Origin: Eledone cirrhosa
Lineage: Eukaryota
Reading direction: 5' to 3'
DNA length: 64,000 bases
Assembly: GCA_964016885.1 (NCBI GenBank)
Contig: OZ024743.1
Location: forward strand, 19,964,001-20,028,000
In this document: one piece after another, positions 24,930 through 39,871 of the stretch
How positions within the stretch are numbered: position 1 is the stretch's first letter
Layout: each line of letters starts with the position of its first letter
Translations under genes and position numbers: made by a program
The notes under the pieces: generated by a model
The model's database searches: none
What the model saw: only the letters and a program-made list of their open reading frames with translations
Told to the model about the DNA's origin: nothing

Positions 24930-25430
24930 CTGTGAGGTTTAGTTGTTTTGAGACCAGTTCTAACCAAATCTGTTCAGGTCTTTCTCTGTCTTACTGCAGC
25001 TTCCTTCCACTGGCATTACCTAGCACTTCTTCACCCAGCATTCCACATCTGTATGCATCACATGTCCAAACCAGTGCAGTCTTGCACACTACATCATATA
25101 CCCAGCTTTCCTTTCAGTTCATCAATGCTTTGTTGTTCATGCACATCTAACACAGCATGCTCATTTAATTTCTCTCCAGTCTCCATATATTCTCTACATT
25201 CACCACCCATGTCTCACTGCCATGGAACATAGTTCTTCTTATGAAGACATCTTGCAATGCATTCTGTGCTCATTGAGAAAATTCCTTTGTTGTCAACAGA
25301 GGCAGTATCTCCCTAAACCTTTTTCCAGAATGTCTTTATACTACATGGTATGCTTTCAAGAATCGACTTCTGCTGATAATTAAGTCACCTAAGGAACAAA
25401 AACCATCAACAACTTCTATAGAACCTTCCT
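24930..25430 (-). pseudogene. Degenerate RTE LINE RT C-terminal remnant
   Basis: Minus strand GSIEVVDGFCSLGD matches GSIEIVDTFCYLGD in 51221-52186. Confidence 0.65.
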
Positions 25431-26787
25431 GAGATTTAGAAATGTATACTAATGAAATTGAATGGAACTTCTTTTAGTTTATGAAGTGAGGATTACTATT
25501 ATTTTTGTTATTGTTGTTCACCTTTGCCTCAGTGACCAACTTCAATCTGAACTAGGATAAATTTCCAAAAGTATATTTCATTACATGTGAAGTAGCAATT
25601 TATTGTACAATATGATTTCTGAAAATATATTGGTTCTAAAATTATACAAAATCACTTTATGGTGATTTACATAAATATTCCTCAATCCATACAAGTGTAT
25701 AGCAAACATATGTTTTGAATAAATAAACTTAATGTAATGTCAAGCTGGTAACAGAGACAGAAGAGATGGCTGGAAATGTGAATATACAAAGAGTAAAAAC
25801 ATGCATATGTTTATGTGTATGTATGTATTTGTAAAGGTGTGAGTATGTAAGTAACTGTGTGTTTAATAGAGAAGCATATATATATATATATATATATATT
25901 TATATGTATGTATATATACAGGCAGTGAGAAGGAAGGTGAGTAAAAGAGTATAAACACTGCATTTATGCATATGTGATAGAGAAGCAAATGTCTTATTTT
26001 GAGTGTTGATACAAATAAAAATAGGCCAAGTAAAGAAGTTGATATGGTAAAAATCAAGAAATCATGTCAGCTGAACTAACAAATATATTATATCTGACCA
26101 ACTAAATTGTTGACATTTACAAATTCAGAATTGCAGAGTTGTTACTATGTAGTTGAAAACAAGTATTGGATTCTGGTCATGGGGGTCAGTAGAATTAATT
26201 CAGCCTAAATTCAATTCACTTGCCTCTCAGAAATATGTACGCAGCACCCCGTCTTAAGGAAATATGTATGGTGATAGACATAGCTTCTACCATATATGAA
26301 TGGATTTGTAACTCTTAGTATAATCATAGAGACACAGTAGTCTCATATGGTGTGTTTGGGACCCATTAAACCTATTGGAGCTCATCCTTTCTCCAGGTCG
26401 AAACATGACGGATTTCTATGAGAGAAGAAAAGAAAAAGTGACAGAGAAGAAGGGAGAAAAAGATATTGAAGACAAATTATGGGACTGGTATATTTTTAAC
26501 TCAAAAGAATAAGAGGCAAAGTTCACAATAGCATGATTTAAAACCAGAGAGCACAGAGCATTAAGGAGAGTTTATATCTCACAAATCCACTCAATTTCTT
26601 AAAACTAAGTAAAACTTCTTATGCACCTCTTGAGAATTTGGAGATTTTCCAATTGACAAATTCAAAGTTGATTATAAGATTGTATATTATATCAGTCTAT
26701 AAGATAAGGATTGTACTGGATTTTGGAGTAAATGTCACACACATGCACTACAGTCAGACAAAATCATTCTACAACTTTTATTTACAA

Positions 26788-27408
26788 CTAGCCGAAGTAC
26801 CCTCGCTTTGCTGCATTTCACACATTTTTTTAAAGAAAATGATGATTGATTTTAAATCAGTGATATAATTTATGGCGAAAGAATAAAGGGAAAATGTTAA
26901 AAAAGTAGAGGCATTAACTAATAATTTTTGTTGTCATAATTCTAGTGATGTTTTGCTATAGGTAAAATGTCTAAATTAGCCAAATTTTACTATAAAAGAA
27001 AGGTGCTTTTTTGTTGATTTACATTTAATTAATAGAAAACCCCTGTGATAATAGAGGTTTCAATACTCAAGTTATGGGCTTCTAAAATTTTCACTATAAG
27101 GGATTTAACCCCCATTAGGGTGTCTTAATATTATTGAAATTTGCTGAATTTTGGAATAGGCATCATAACTTGTCATTTACCTATGGCTTAAATTTCATAT
27201 AAATCGAAGGGAAAACATTTTCAATGGGGGTTTGTACCCCTGGGGAACGCTTTGATTAAAATGAAATATACTTATCCAAGGAAATATACTTACCCTGGGC
27301 AATGTAGTTTCAGAATATATATGGTTATGGGGTCTATCTCCAAAACCATAGGGGAAGTTTGTGAAGAAACAAACAAACAGACAGGAACTACAACTTTATA
27401 TATATAGA
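26788..27408 (-). mobile_element. Non-autonomous Helitron
   Basis: Minus strand starts A|TCTATATATATAAAG followed by gtttgtttgt repeats and ends ...cttcggCTAG|T, consistent with insertion between A and T. Confidence 0.7.
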
Positions 27409-27531
27409 TTCATGCTATACAGATGAGAGAAACATGAAGGATGGCAAATGTACTAAATGTTCTAAAGTGGTTTCACTAATACTGAAATCAATGTTCTCTA
27501 TCTGTGTCTCTCTCTCTTTCCCTTCAATCTA

Positions 27532-27627
<96 letters not shown>

Positions 27628-27990
27628 ACAGGTCGCCTTTGGGTGGTATAGGTAACATGTAACCCAGTATAACCTGTCACCTGGTGCACTTTATTGTACA
27701 CCAGCACTAGGGAGGTTGTCAGCCATAGACTCAAATAAATAGTCTGTCCTGCTATATAAGGAGAATAGGTGGCATGGATATCAGAAGTTCTTATAGGTAA
27801 GTGACAATAGTTGTGAAGATGCCAAGTTTAATGCCAGTGTGTATCACATGTGGTAGGGTTCAAGGAGTGATGTGGGAGAGGAGAGGGGTGGAATATATAT
27901 CAAGTATGTATGACAAGTGTGCTGGAGTTTGACAAGGTGTTGGAAAGGGTAGGAGAAGGTCATGGATAGGTTGTGGATGTACTGTGAGGA

Positions 27991-28221
27991 TTAACCCTAT
28001 AGCATTTACTTTACTCTGTATATGCTATTATATTTTCATGGTAAACACTTTATTTTATAATTATCTAACATAACATCAAATCTATGAGATTTTGATATTA
28101 TTTATTTTGAAAACAACACCTTAACATCAGTATGAGTGGCCAGGCCAGTACAGCTGGTTTGAACAGAAAGAGGTGAGAGAATTCTGGCCGGATTTGGCTA
28201 GTTTAATTGCTAAAGGGTTAA
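27991..28221. mobile_element. piggyBac-like MITE (second copy, inverted, at 44917-45152)
   Basis: TTAA-CCCT(A/T)TAGCA ... TGCTAAAGGG-TTAA termini; internal sequence shared with the 44917 copy. Confidence 0.8.
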
Positions 28222-28732
28222 AACAACTATAACTGGTGTGTTAGGATTTTAAAAGATGGGATCGTGGATTGGTTACTAAGGAGCAATGATGTAACTGGAG
28301 ATTGGATGAATCAGGTTACATTCTTATGCTGGTAGGTGAGTCATCTGTAATGTGATTCAGCTTTCTAAAACTGATATTCAATACTTTATGCCATGTGTTC
28401 CTAGATTCACATCTTCCACAAATTCCATCAGCTAAAATTTCTCTGTACTTTATACAGCTGTCATATTCCACAAACATCACATCTAATACATCTCTCCATG
28501 GAATGGGATATCAAACATGTCTATTCAGCTGGAAACACCACAAGGTAGATAAAAATTATGAGACAAACATATATACAAATAAAACCGTGTAAAACATGCA
28601 CTGTAAGCATAAATACAATCACACAAATACCCCACCCCTACAATCACGCACACACACACACAAACAAATACAGCCACATACACACATACATACATACATT
28701 CAAACATACATGCATGCATACATACATACATA

Positions 28733-29310
28733 CATGATGGCTGCCCCCTCGTTATCAAGTATGGCCATTGCACAATATACCATTATTAATAATTATTAAT
28801 TAATTCTATCGTGCAATGCCTGTGCGTGAAGATATTTTTTAAAGTGAGGAAAGACTATGCACTGAGCCAATCCCACTCTATGAGCGACAGTAGCTATAAC
28901 CAGAAAAGAAGAAAAGATCAACATCATCGGTAACTACTGAGCCGCAGGTTTTATATTGGAGTTATCCCAGTTTCCTGAGTTGCCTTCTCCTAGAAGAATG
29001 CCCTGACAAAGGCTAGGGGTCCTTCACTCCCAGTGGTTTAACCGCGTGATCAGGTGTCCAGCCTGACTATTTCTATGTCCCCATGCATATACATTCACGT
29101 GCACCTATGTATATACACATATACATATATATACGTATAAATGTACATGTGTATATACATATTTACACACTTTTGGATGGCCGTTGACTCTTATGAGTTC
29201 TTCCGCCCTTTGTCAGGTTTTGTTCTTTGTCCTGCAGGGTGTCCAAAATCACCCTCCTCACCAAGTAAACTTGGTGTGGTTGCCGGTTTAGTCGCTGACG
29301 ACCCGACCAT
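28733..29310 (-). mobile_element. Non-autonomous RTE-derived retroposon with (ATGT)n tail (related copy ~43165-43700)
   Basis: Two dispersed homologous copies; minus strand carries ctaggagaaggcaactc, which resembles RTE 5' UTRs, and ends in a tetranucleotide tail. Confidence 0.6.
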
Positions 29311-30523
29311 AGCTTTTTTGTGAGTTTTATATCAAATAATAATTATTTCTTTGGCACAAAGTCAGCAATTATCCCAGTATATTATTAGTACTTTATTTTA
29401 TCGACCCCATAAGGATGAAAGGCAAAGTTAACCTCGGCGGGATTTGAACTCAGACCATAAAGGGCCGTAACTCTTTGCTGCAAAGCATTGCGTCCGATCC
29501 TCTACCGATACTGCCAATCCACCGCCCTCTTTATATCAAATAATAATAATATTCCATTTGTTTTCAAGCAAACAGTCTCTTAACACTCTGTGTTTTAGAT
29601 TACTATCTTCATCCTTTTGTTCTAGCAATGCTAGCGTGGAAAATAGACGTTAATCGATGATGATGATGATGATGATGATGTAAAATTGTTTCAGTTTTAT
29701 TGCCCTTTGTCAAGATAGTGTATCTCTCCTTTTCTGTTACAACTCCTGAGAATATATAGTATTTACAATTTGGAAAAGAAATTGAATATTTCTTATTCCC
29801 TTTATAAAAGAACAAGTTATGTACAAGAAGTAATTAAGATTTATTTTTAAATAATTATGTCCAAGTGGTTAGTTTATTTCTAATACAACTTCCACTGCCT
29901 CTATTGTTCTACATATTCATAGTGATATTGCCATACAAAGAACATAACAGCAAGTATAAAAACAAGATATAGCTTACTAACATTTTCAGACATTTTGTTT
30001 TATTTTTATTGTATTCTCTGAAATAATAAATAAAATTAGCTTAAGGGATTTGTTTTGAATAGAAGAAAACATATATTGAAATATGTGAAGATATTTAAGT
30101 ATTTTATGCAATCTTATGTTATTCAAGCAAAAATAAGCAATTCTTAAATAATTATCTGCTAATTGAAAATCTTGCACTGTTTGTTACATAAACAGACAAA
30201 TTCAAAATCTTTAACACTTGACTATTGGCTCAGATTATATTAGTTAAAATTTCATTGAATGGAGTTAAGTTACTATGAATTCTAAGAGTTAAAATTCAAC
30301 CACAGACATTGTATCAATGCTCTTATTTGAGAATGAAAAATTCTGGTCTAAATAAATATAAACATTGCTTTAGACCAACACGTTACTACTAAATCATAAT
30401 ATATCAATGGATTAATCTGGTCTAGCTGGTTATAAAGTAGTGTGCAAATTTAAATGATTTCATTTGAAAAGTATATTCAAATGTGTGATCACTTAAATGC
30501 TCAGTGATAGCTAACACTAAATG

Positions 30524-30556
<33 letters not shown>

Positions 30557-30559
30557 ATT

Positions 30560-31425
30560 CGTTTTTGAATTTGTTTTGCAAGATTTCTTATCTGAAAATG
30601 TGTGTTGAAACTGATATTGTTATACTTTGGGAGAATCATGTTGCAAATAAAAACACTTGCACCTGTTGGTTTTCACTTCAATTTATTATAAATTTATGGT
30701 TGGTTGGCTGGTTCGATAACCTGAATGTTGTTTGTATATTGTCAAAGCTCTTTATCACACATTCTGTGACCTCCTCAGTGACTAGGTTTTTATTTTGTGT
30801 CCCTCCTTTATTCTGTCCTACACCATCTTGTTTTTGTGTGTTGTGTGCTTAGTTTTCAGATGCATTACATCTGGGTGTGTGCATGTGTTTTTATTTATTT
30901 ATTGATGTGTTTATTTACTTCTCACTAGTTATTGGTTGTTCTATCTGTGTGTGTCTGATTTGTTTTGTTAGTTCGCTTTTTGTGTGTCAGTATGTCTTCA
31001 TTTTGTCCTTAATTAATAGTTGTGATGTTGCTATTCCACTCATGTTTCTGTTTAATTTGGGTTTGAGTTTGTTTATATTTGTCACCTCTGTGATTTGTCT
31101 GAGCTTTGCATCTTTTCTGTGTGGATATAATTTTTATCTCTATGTTCTCTAATGTCCCCTTATGTTCTATTTTGGCACGGTGATGGAGTACTGATGAGTT
31201 TTTCCCATCCTGGAGTTCTCGCCAGTGTTCACTTATCCTTTCTCCTATGCCACAGACTGTTTCACCTATGTATGTTATATTCTTATTCCTACACTGTCCC
31301 TCAGTACATCTTATGCTATATACTAAGTTCCTAGTTTTGCAGTTAGTTTGTGAGCTTAACTTGCAGACTATGCATTTCCGATCAGCACAGGGGCATCTTT
31401 GAAATGGGTATGTTTTGCTTGCTAA
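30560..31425 (-). pseudogene. Second, more decayed copy of the 18035-type PLE GIY-YIG 3' end, with a decayed hammerhead at 30741-30782
   Basis: Minus strand SKTYPFQRCPCADRKCIVCK; downstream gtca CTGAGGA ggtcac...gtgata aaga gc TT tgac (GAAA mutated). Confidence 0.75.
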
Positions 31426-31674
31426 TTAGAACATTGGAGTACATTAGAGATTTACGTTTCTTATATATATATATATATATCATCATCATCATCTTCGTTT
31501 AAGGTCCATTTTCCACGCTAGTATGGGTTAGACGGGAGTTGTCCCACTTGAGGCAAGGCTGGCCGGGTGACCATGTCTCGCTCATATAGGACTATCTGGC
31601 AGGTTTTCTACGGCTGGATGCCATTCCTAACACCAACCACATTTACAGTGTGGAACTGGGAACTTTTTACTGTG

Positions 31675-31746
<72 letters not shown>

Positions 31747-31749
31747 ATA

Positions 31750-31919
31750 TACTCAAAAGTTTTGCCTGTTTATCACAGGGTGATTTTGCTTGATGACCCT
31801 GTGATAAACAGATGAAACTCCAGAGTAACAAGACTCATTTTTAGCCTTAATAATATTGAATATTAACACGCCACTTAGGTATTGAGTACACCTTTCTCTC
31901 AGCCGTCAACCACATATGA

Positions 31920-31920
<1 letters not shown>
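31750..31920 (+). mobile_element. HHR mini-element with short 5' fold-back (related truncated hairpin copy at 54305-54460)
   Basis: TTGATGA ccctgt-gataa-acagat GAAA ctc-ca-gag TA acaaga; inverted ctgtttatcacagggt upstream; ttgagtac motif; TA flanks. Confidence 0.65.
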
Positions 31921-32013
<93 letters not shown>

Positions 32014-34784
32014 AGAGAGAGGAGAGGGGGAAACAACTAAAATAAGCTCAATTATTACATTCACAGACTCACCACAAGAAGATATATTATATTTCTGGTT
32101 GTATGTTCACTGTCAAATATTCACCATACATTCTTACGTCAAAGAAGAACCAATATAATTCAACAATAATTCTTTGGTTATTATTTTGCAATGTGCTTTT
32201 TGTGTTAAAAGAAATTGTGATAAATGATAATCAGCTTATCTATCTAACCAGATAGTTTGAGAAGTTCTAATTCCCCATTTTAAATCTTCGAATTAGATTT
32301 GGTTTCTATATGTCAAAAGACTGAGAAAATATTATGTAATGTAGTTCAAATATATTTATACGTTTTTGTTTACTTTACTGTTAACATTAATTTGAAACCA
32401 CCAACGTCAACATTAATGTCTATAAGAGAACAAATACTGATATCATCTGCTATATCATCATCACTGTTTAATGTCTATTTTCCATGTTTGTATCGGTTAA
32501 ACATATTGTCATATACTGAGGTTAGACTTGTCAGGAGACAACATGTTACTTTTACCTTCCATTTTTTGCTTGCTTTCTATTGCACAATGCCCTTCCTAAT
32601 GTCAACCACATTACAGCATGTGCTAGGAACATTTTATCGTGACTTCAGCACTACCAACTTACAGCATGAACTGAAGTATTTTATCATGACACTAGCACTA
32701 CCACCTTATAGGGTGGATGGGAATTAGGTGCTTTTTACAGGGCACAGGCACTACCACTTTACAGTATGGACTGGAGGGGTCGTTTTTATTGTGGCACCAA
32801 CACTTCCATTTTACGGCACCAGCAGTGTATGGGCAATGATGGGCGTGGGAAGGATCAAATGATTGTGACAGAGGAAGCATTGGATCATGGAGGTGGTGTC
32901 TCCCTTAACAAAAAGTGTACAGAATCAACAAGAAAGTTAAAATATGTAAAGATTATATTTCCCAAGCTTTCACTGTATTATATAAAGGAGTAGTATGACT
33001 GATTGGCAATATTGGTAGAGTGTTGGTTAAAATGCTTTGTAACATATGGTTATGGCTCTTGATGTTCTGAGTTTGAATCCAACGTCAGCTTTGCCTTTCA
33101 TTATTACAGGGTCGATAAAACAAAGTATCAGTAATGCAGTGGGTTTGATTTAACTGATTTTACCCTACCCTTCAAATTGCAGCACTTGTGCCAAAAATAA
33201 AAACATTATGTAAAGGAGTGGATTGACAGAATTGTTAGACTATTGAACAAAAGGCTTTGCAATATTTAGTTTATGGCTCTTTATTTTCTGAGTTCCAAAC
33301 CTGCCAAAGTCAACTTTGCCTTTCATTTTACCAGGGTCAATAAAATAAAGTACCAGTAAAATACTAAGGTCAGTATAATCCACTTTCCCTTTCCTCCCAA
33401 AATTGTTGGCCTTGTGCTTCAGTTAGAAACTGCAGTATATGCCTAAAACATTTCTTCCTTACTTATTTGTTCTGCATTCAGCTATCAGTTACTCACTTTT
33501 GTGCAGCAACCTGTTACAGTATTTAGAATATTACAAATCAGCCAAACAGTCTACCTTATACTATACTTAAAGAATATTGAGGGTTACATATCAATCTCCT
33601 CATCTTGACCTCTTTATGATATATTGTTGCTGTACACAACACTGTAAGTATCATATATTACATGCTGGCTATCAAGTCCAAGGATTTCTTATTTAACAGA
33701 GTGCCACACATACATAACATTTGGCTTGCTTACCAATTCACAACTACAGTTAGGTTCTACTTCTATGTACATGATATTATAGATTTCTTATTATTGACTT
33801 CTTATCAAAGAACTGCACAATAGTCTCTGTGAACTACAAAATATTACACCAGAGTTCACCTCTGATGACCTGGTCATTGATATTTAAATGCATTCTTCAC
33901 GACCCAATCCCTATCAAGAAAAGGAGATGATAGGAAGAAAACAGGGGCCAATTTTGTTTAACATCTGATTCAATTTGAAGTAGATCAATGGTAATCACTT
34001 CTGATTATGGCCAATTATTATTGAAAATGGAGTCCTAAGTTAACACTTTTAAGTTAATATTTGCCAGCAGTATGTGTATCAGCTACAGTATTGCTGTTTC
34101 TGTGGTTCATTATATATCATCACCTCAATGGGCAAACTAATGTAACTAGAAGTAAATTAGATTAAGATTTAGATATAGCTTGGCTATTCTACCTCTTTTG
34201 ATCGATCTACTCTTCAGTTGTACATGACATTTCAAATAATGAAAGTGGCTTGGAGCTTAAAAGGCTTGCATAACCTCAAAGCAAGTTCATAACTATATAT
34301 GCAGCAGATTGAATAGGTTTTCTAAGTACAACAGCCAGAAATTACAGCAATAAATCTGTTTCCTTAATCTTTAACATTGGAAAACGTATGATGGATGTAA
34401 TGTTACTGATCAGGATTTTATTAATTCTGGTGGGTAATGCATGTTGAGATAATGGTGATAATGTTGAGAAGGATTACGTGGATTGGATTATATCAGTTTT
34501 TAAAGTGGTGTGTAAAATATCTGATGAAAAACTGAGTGAAAATGATAATACTGATGTTCTTAAAGAATATACATATAAAATACCCATTCACTGAAGCAAT
34601 ATGTTGGTGGAGAGACATTTAACCAGTTTCATGTTGATTTTATCATAGTTCTTTATTGGAGCTGATCATAAATGATGCAACAAAATTTTATATTGTGTAT
34701 TTGAAAAAAGACACATGAAATAAAAAGTGTGTGCTGCCTATATTTATATGTGTGAACGTATCTGTATATTCATGTGTATGTATG

Positions 34785-34822
<38 letters not shown>

Positions 34823-35222
34823 CATACACATGATACACACACATACACACACACACACACACACATATATTTATATATATATATATATATATTCATATAA
34901 GTACCATGTTAGAGATTGGAGCAATAGAGTACACTGCATAAAATTTCAGTATATATACACTGTAGTTATTGGCTGTGAAGATGAATAAGTGACTTAGGGG
35001 CATAGAGTTCTATGCCAAAACACTTGTCAATTTTGAGATGTATTTTACTTTAAAACCACAGGCCCTTCAGTAACTTATATAACGTCAGAATTTATTTATA
35101 CAAGTGTATTTATGTGTGTGTGTGCACATATATATATATATATGAGTGTATTTATGTCTATGTATGAGTATATATATATCATCATCATCATCATCATTTT
35201 ACATCCGCTTTTCTCTGCTTGA

Positions 35223-35287
<65 letters not shown>

Positions 35288-35289
35288 AA

Positions 35290-35330
<41 letters not shown>

Positions 35331-35778
35331 ATATATATATATATATATGAGTCTATATATACATATATATATATACCATTAATCATAATACGCCATGTGT
35401 CATTGTATGTTAATATATATCTCCATCTGTAACTCTTTAAAATTTACACACACAAACATACATATACACACACATACACACACATACACACACATACACA
35501 CACATATGCAAACACATTCACATGCCCACATACATGTACACATTCCCATACACTCAAGGCATTTTCTTTCTCAGTCATGTTCCTATAATATGTTCAGAAT
35601 TAAGTTCAGTCATGGGTGGAACAAAAAAAAGATTCATTTGACACTTCGATACAATAATTTATCTTTGATGAATTAAGTATTAAGTTGGTGTGGAAAATTA
35701 TGTATGAATTAAATAATGTTACTGCTTTGAAGTTTATATACATATATTTATATGTATGTATATATGTATATGTATATA

Positions 35779-35902
<124 letters not shown>

Positions 35903-35924
35903 GAGGTGAGTTTTAATAAAGCAA

Positions 35925-36387
35925 TGCAAATATCGGATAAGTAGCACTCAACAGTGTATAGGACTGGAGTATAAATAATATAAAATCAAAAGATGGTTAA
36001 AAGAGTTCCATGTATTTTATTATACGCATTTTAAAAACAAATATCATCATGGGATGATATTTGCGTTCTCATCAGATAAAATAGAGAGACATGATATGAA
36101 GCTTAAAAAACACTTGCAAGCAGTGAAGTGTTAAATCAACATATGAAAAGTAAAATAAGATGGATATATGAGATTGGGAAAAAAAGGAAAGGAAGGGGGG
36201 AAGGAAAAGGTAAGGAAGAGGAAGAAAGAATATAATAAGAAAAAATATATAATAATAAGGAAAGGATGACGAAGGAGGAGTATGAGATGAGAGAGGAGGA
36301 GAAAATTAGTGAGAGAGAGAGAGAGATATTTGTTTTTGAAATGCGTATAATAAAATACATGGAACTCTTTTAACCATCTTTTGATTT

Positions 36388-36395
<8 letters not shown>
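35925..36395. mobile_element. Fold-back HHR mini-element, same family as 15626-15898
   Basis: Minus-strand hammerhead 36013-36083 (GAAA changed to AAAA); inverted arm ~36325-36395 keeps GAAAtgcgtaTA. Confidence 0.75.
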
Positions 36396-36451
<56 letters not shown>

Positions 36452-36494
36452 CCATATATATATATATATACATATGTTTATCCTGGGTCCACTC

Positions 36495-36672
36495 GAGGTT
36501 AACCACAGTAAGTAAGGTACTCAATACATGGCAGAGTATAAATATTTAATATAGAAATGGCTTCTACAGGACTAGAACTGTTTCATTCAGGAGAAGTCAC
36601 CAGGAAAGCCAGGATGATTTCTCCCGAATGAAACAGTTCTAGTCCTGTAGCAGCCATTTCTATATTAAATAT
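36495..36672. mobile_element. Fold-back HHR mini-element
   Basis: Hairpin arms; minus strand tggctttc CTGGTGA cttc-tcct-gaat GAAA cag...ctg TA gaagcca (36558-36611); gtactcaa motif. Confidence 0.7.
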
Positions 36673-36936
36673 ATATATATATATATATGTAGATAAATCT
36701 ACCAAAATGTACGGTAGTGTCCAATCCGTATGAAGAACTCAATGTAATCCGAATATCATGAAAAAAGTATTGGTAGATTTATCTACATATTTTGCTCCTA
36801 TTTTTATGGAGATATTCTTATTTTTATGAATGTATATGTATGTGTATGTGTATATATATTTATATATATGTGTATAACTTTATAACTCCATATATATATA
36901 GTTGAGCTCTTTTTCTTGTCCATTATCCATATCACA

Positions 36937-39339
36937 ATGGAAAAACAATACTTGGGAACTTCTTTAAAGAATATACCATTACCTTCTAAGGATGATTTCT
37001 TACTTCTTATGATACAAAAAACCAACCAATTTATCAAAAGGGTCAGATGGAGGGCCTACCACTTCCATAAAAAAACAAAATGTACTGATAAGAAATATTT
37101 ATATGATTTCACTACATATAAAAATCCACCACACAACTCCTTGCTTGAAAACTTTGAGAAAGACCTTTTTAATTTAATCAAACACCTCAAATTTAAGAAG
37201 TATAAATCTAATTTTCAAAAGGATCTTGATTCTACCCTATTGGATCTAAAAAAATCTAAAAAAATCCATGTCCACTCTGACAAAACTGGAAATCTGTATC
37301 ACATGGATATTGAAAATTACAATGAGTTCATATATAAAGAACTCACGAAAAATTATAAAAAAAAAAACAATGCGTCACTTACCAACATCAACAACAAAAC
37401 ACACAACAGAGTGAATAGACTTAAAAGACCACATTTCAACCTGAAAGATCATAAATCTAACTTTAACTCTAATCCTTATATGCCCTTCCAAATCTGATAT
37501 TGGAATCATTAGTAAAAAAATTTTAGATAGGGTCATCCCACAACTAAGAAAACATGTTAATTTACCACTCTGGGAAAACACATCCCAGGTAATTAACTGG
37601 TTTAATAATATTAGAAATAAATCTTCTGCTTCATTTCTACAATTTGATATAGATAATTCTTATTCCTCTATATCACCTATACTCCTGAAAAAAGCCTTGA
37701 TATTTGCTAAAAATAGATCTAACTTAACTTTGGATGACATTAATATTATTACACATGCTAGACTATTGGAATTTCAAAATGAATACTGGACCAGAAACAC
37801 ATATAGTAATCTATTCGATATTACTATGGGCTCAAGCGATTCTGCCCAAATTACTGATCTTGTGGGCCTCTTTCTTCTTCTTAACATAAATGCTTCCTTT
37901 CCCCTACCTTAAAGGTGGTTTATATCGTGACGACTGTCTTCTTCTTTCCAATAACCTTAGCCTTTCAGAGATAGAAAAAAATAAAAAGCTTATTAGACCT
38001 TTCCTCAAAGACTATTATAGTCTAGATATTACATTTGAAAACACAAGTAAAGTAGTTAATTTCCTCGATATAACATTAGACTTATCTACGGGTATCTACC
38101 AACCTTACCATAAACCTAATCAAAATTTACATTACATACACTCACAATCTAATCACCATAAATCTATCCTTAAAAACCTTGCATATAATATCTCACTTAG
38201 AATTTCTAACCTTTCGTCTAACCAGGATGTATTTGATAAAAATGCGACCTTCTATAACGAAGCTTTAGCTAGAAGTGGCCACAAAAATAAATTAGTATAT
38301 ATACCTTGTACCAATAACACTACAAACATACAACCTAATATTACCAACAAACACCAAATGAAACATACACACCTAAATGCCACTCACACTATACCCCAAG
38401 ATACCAACATAAAACCAAATTTCTCTAACTCTTCTAATATACAATATAGTAACTCTCAAAAAACTACTCATCCTACTACTCTAATAAATGTTAATAATAA
38501 AACTCCTAATAAACAAGCTAAAACACCTAAATCAATAAATCTAACTAAAAATGTGTGTGGTGAAGTCATTAACAATAATTCTCTTAATAAACATCAGGAT
38601 ACATCCTATAAAAACAATAAACAACATCGAAACCGTAATAGACGAGTTACTTGGTATAATGCTCCATTTAATTTACAAATTAAGGATAATATACCTAAAA
38701 AAAAATGTTTATATCCTAGAGAACTTCCCGCCAAACCACAAATACCATCAAATTTTAAATAGATCAACGGTTAAATTCTCCTACTCAACAACCAAAAACA
38801 TAAAACAAAATATGAGTGCCTACAATGCATATAAATGTAAAAGAACCATGAGTATACCACCAGTACATCAAACTAACCATAATATCTCCTCTGATACAGG
38901 AATCACGAAAAGTTGTAACTGTAGAAACAAAGCAAACTGCCCATTAAAAGGAAATTGCCCTGTTAATAACATAGTATATAAATGTAAAGTTAACACTAAG
39001 GACTCAATTTATTCATATATAGGAGCTACCTCTAACCAATTTAAGGTAAGATTTAATACCCACAAACATAGTTTTAAAAATGCCGCATTAGCTAATACAA
39101 CATCCCTAGCTGAAATAATTAATAATTATAGAAAGAGGAATATAGATTATGACCTGACCTGGAGTGTGCTCAAAAGGGCCACCCCTTATCAAAATAATAG
39201 ATATGAATGTAGATTATGTTCCCAAGAACTTTTTGAAATAATGAAATCTATGGATATCCTATTAAATAAGCGACAGGAATTAATAATATCGTGTAATCAT
39301 AAACTGAGAAAAACCTTTAAATATTATAAACCTAATTAA
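36937..39339 (+). pseudogene. Nearly full-length Naiad-type PLE ORF (RT + GIY-YIG) broken by several frameshifts
   Basis: SLKNIPLP..RVRWRAYHF, SDKTGNLY, QFDI...YSSI, ITMGSSDSAQITDLVGL, GLYRDD, VNFLDITLDL, SNHH, WYNAPF, CNCRNKANCPLKGNC, IVY...YIGAT, CRLC and LNKRQE. Confidence 0.9.
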
Positions 39340-39871
39340 TATACATTTTAGAAATTAATATAAAAACTATTTTTAATTTAGTTAACCTATAATTAATATT
39401 CTACTACTGATGAACTACATAATTTTACTTTCCTTCTTACGACTATCTTTTCCTAAAATTGATACCATTAAGTAAACATATATAATGTTTTAATTTCAGG
39501 TTATGATTCTATGTTCCTTGAAATCTCTATATATTTATTATTTCTCACTAATAAATTTAACCCCCCCCCCCCCCAAATAATTATATATATATATATATAT
39601 TCTTTTTATATTTTTTTTAATTTCCCCTCGTCTTTAACAGCACTCTTCAATTACATCTAACTCTTATTTATCATATCTATATGCATTAATATAATTTTAT
39701 CAATATAAACATACCCAGCAATTAAATTAATTTATATTCTTTTCATAGATGTAAATTCCATATATATTTTTTTTCGCTAACACTTTTATCGTAAAATTTT
39801 AGTCTCCTTAGATATTTACATTGGCATTATTCTTTTATAACAGCAACTTTTCGTGTTACCTTTTACTGACC

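Noticed and set aside
33500-34660. Possible ancient transposon coding remnant
   Set aside because: Only isolated motif-like fragments; cannot be assigned without a translated search.
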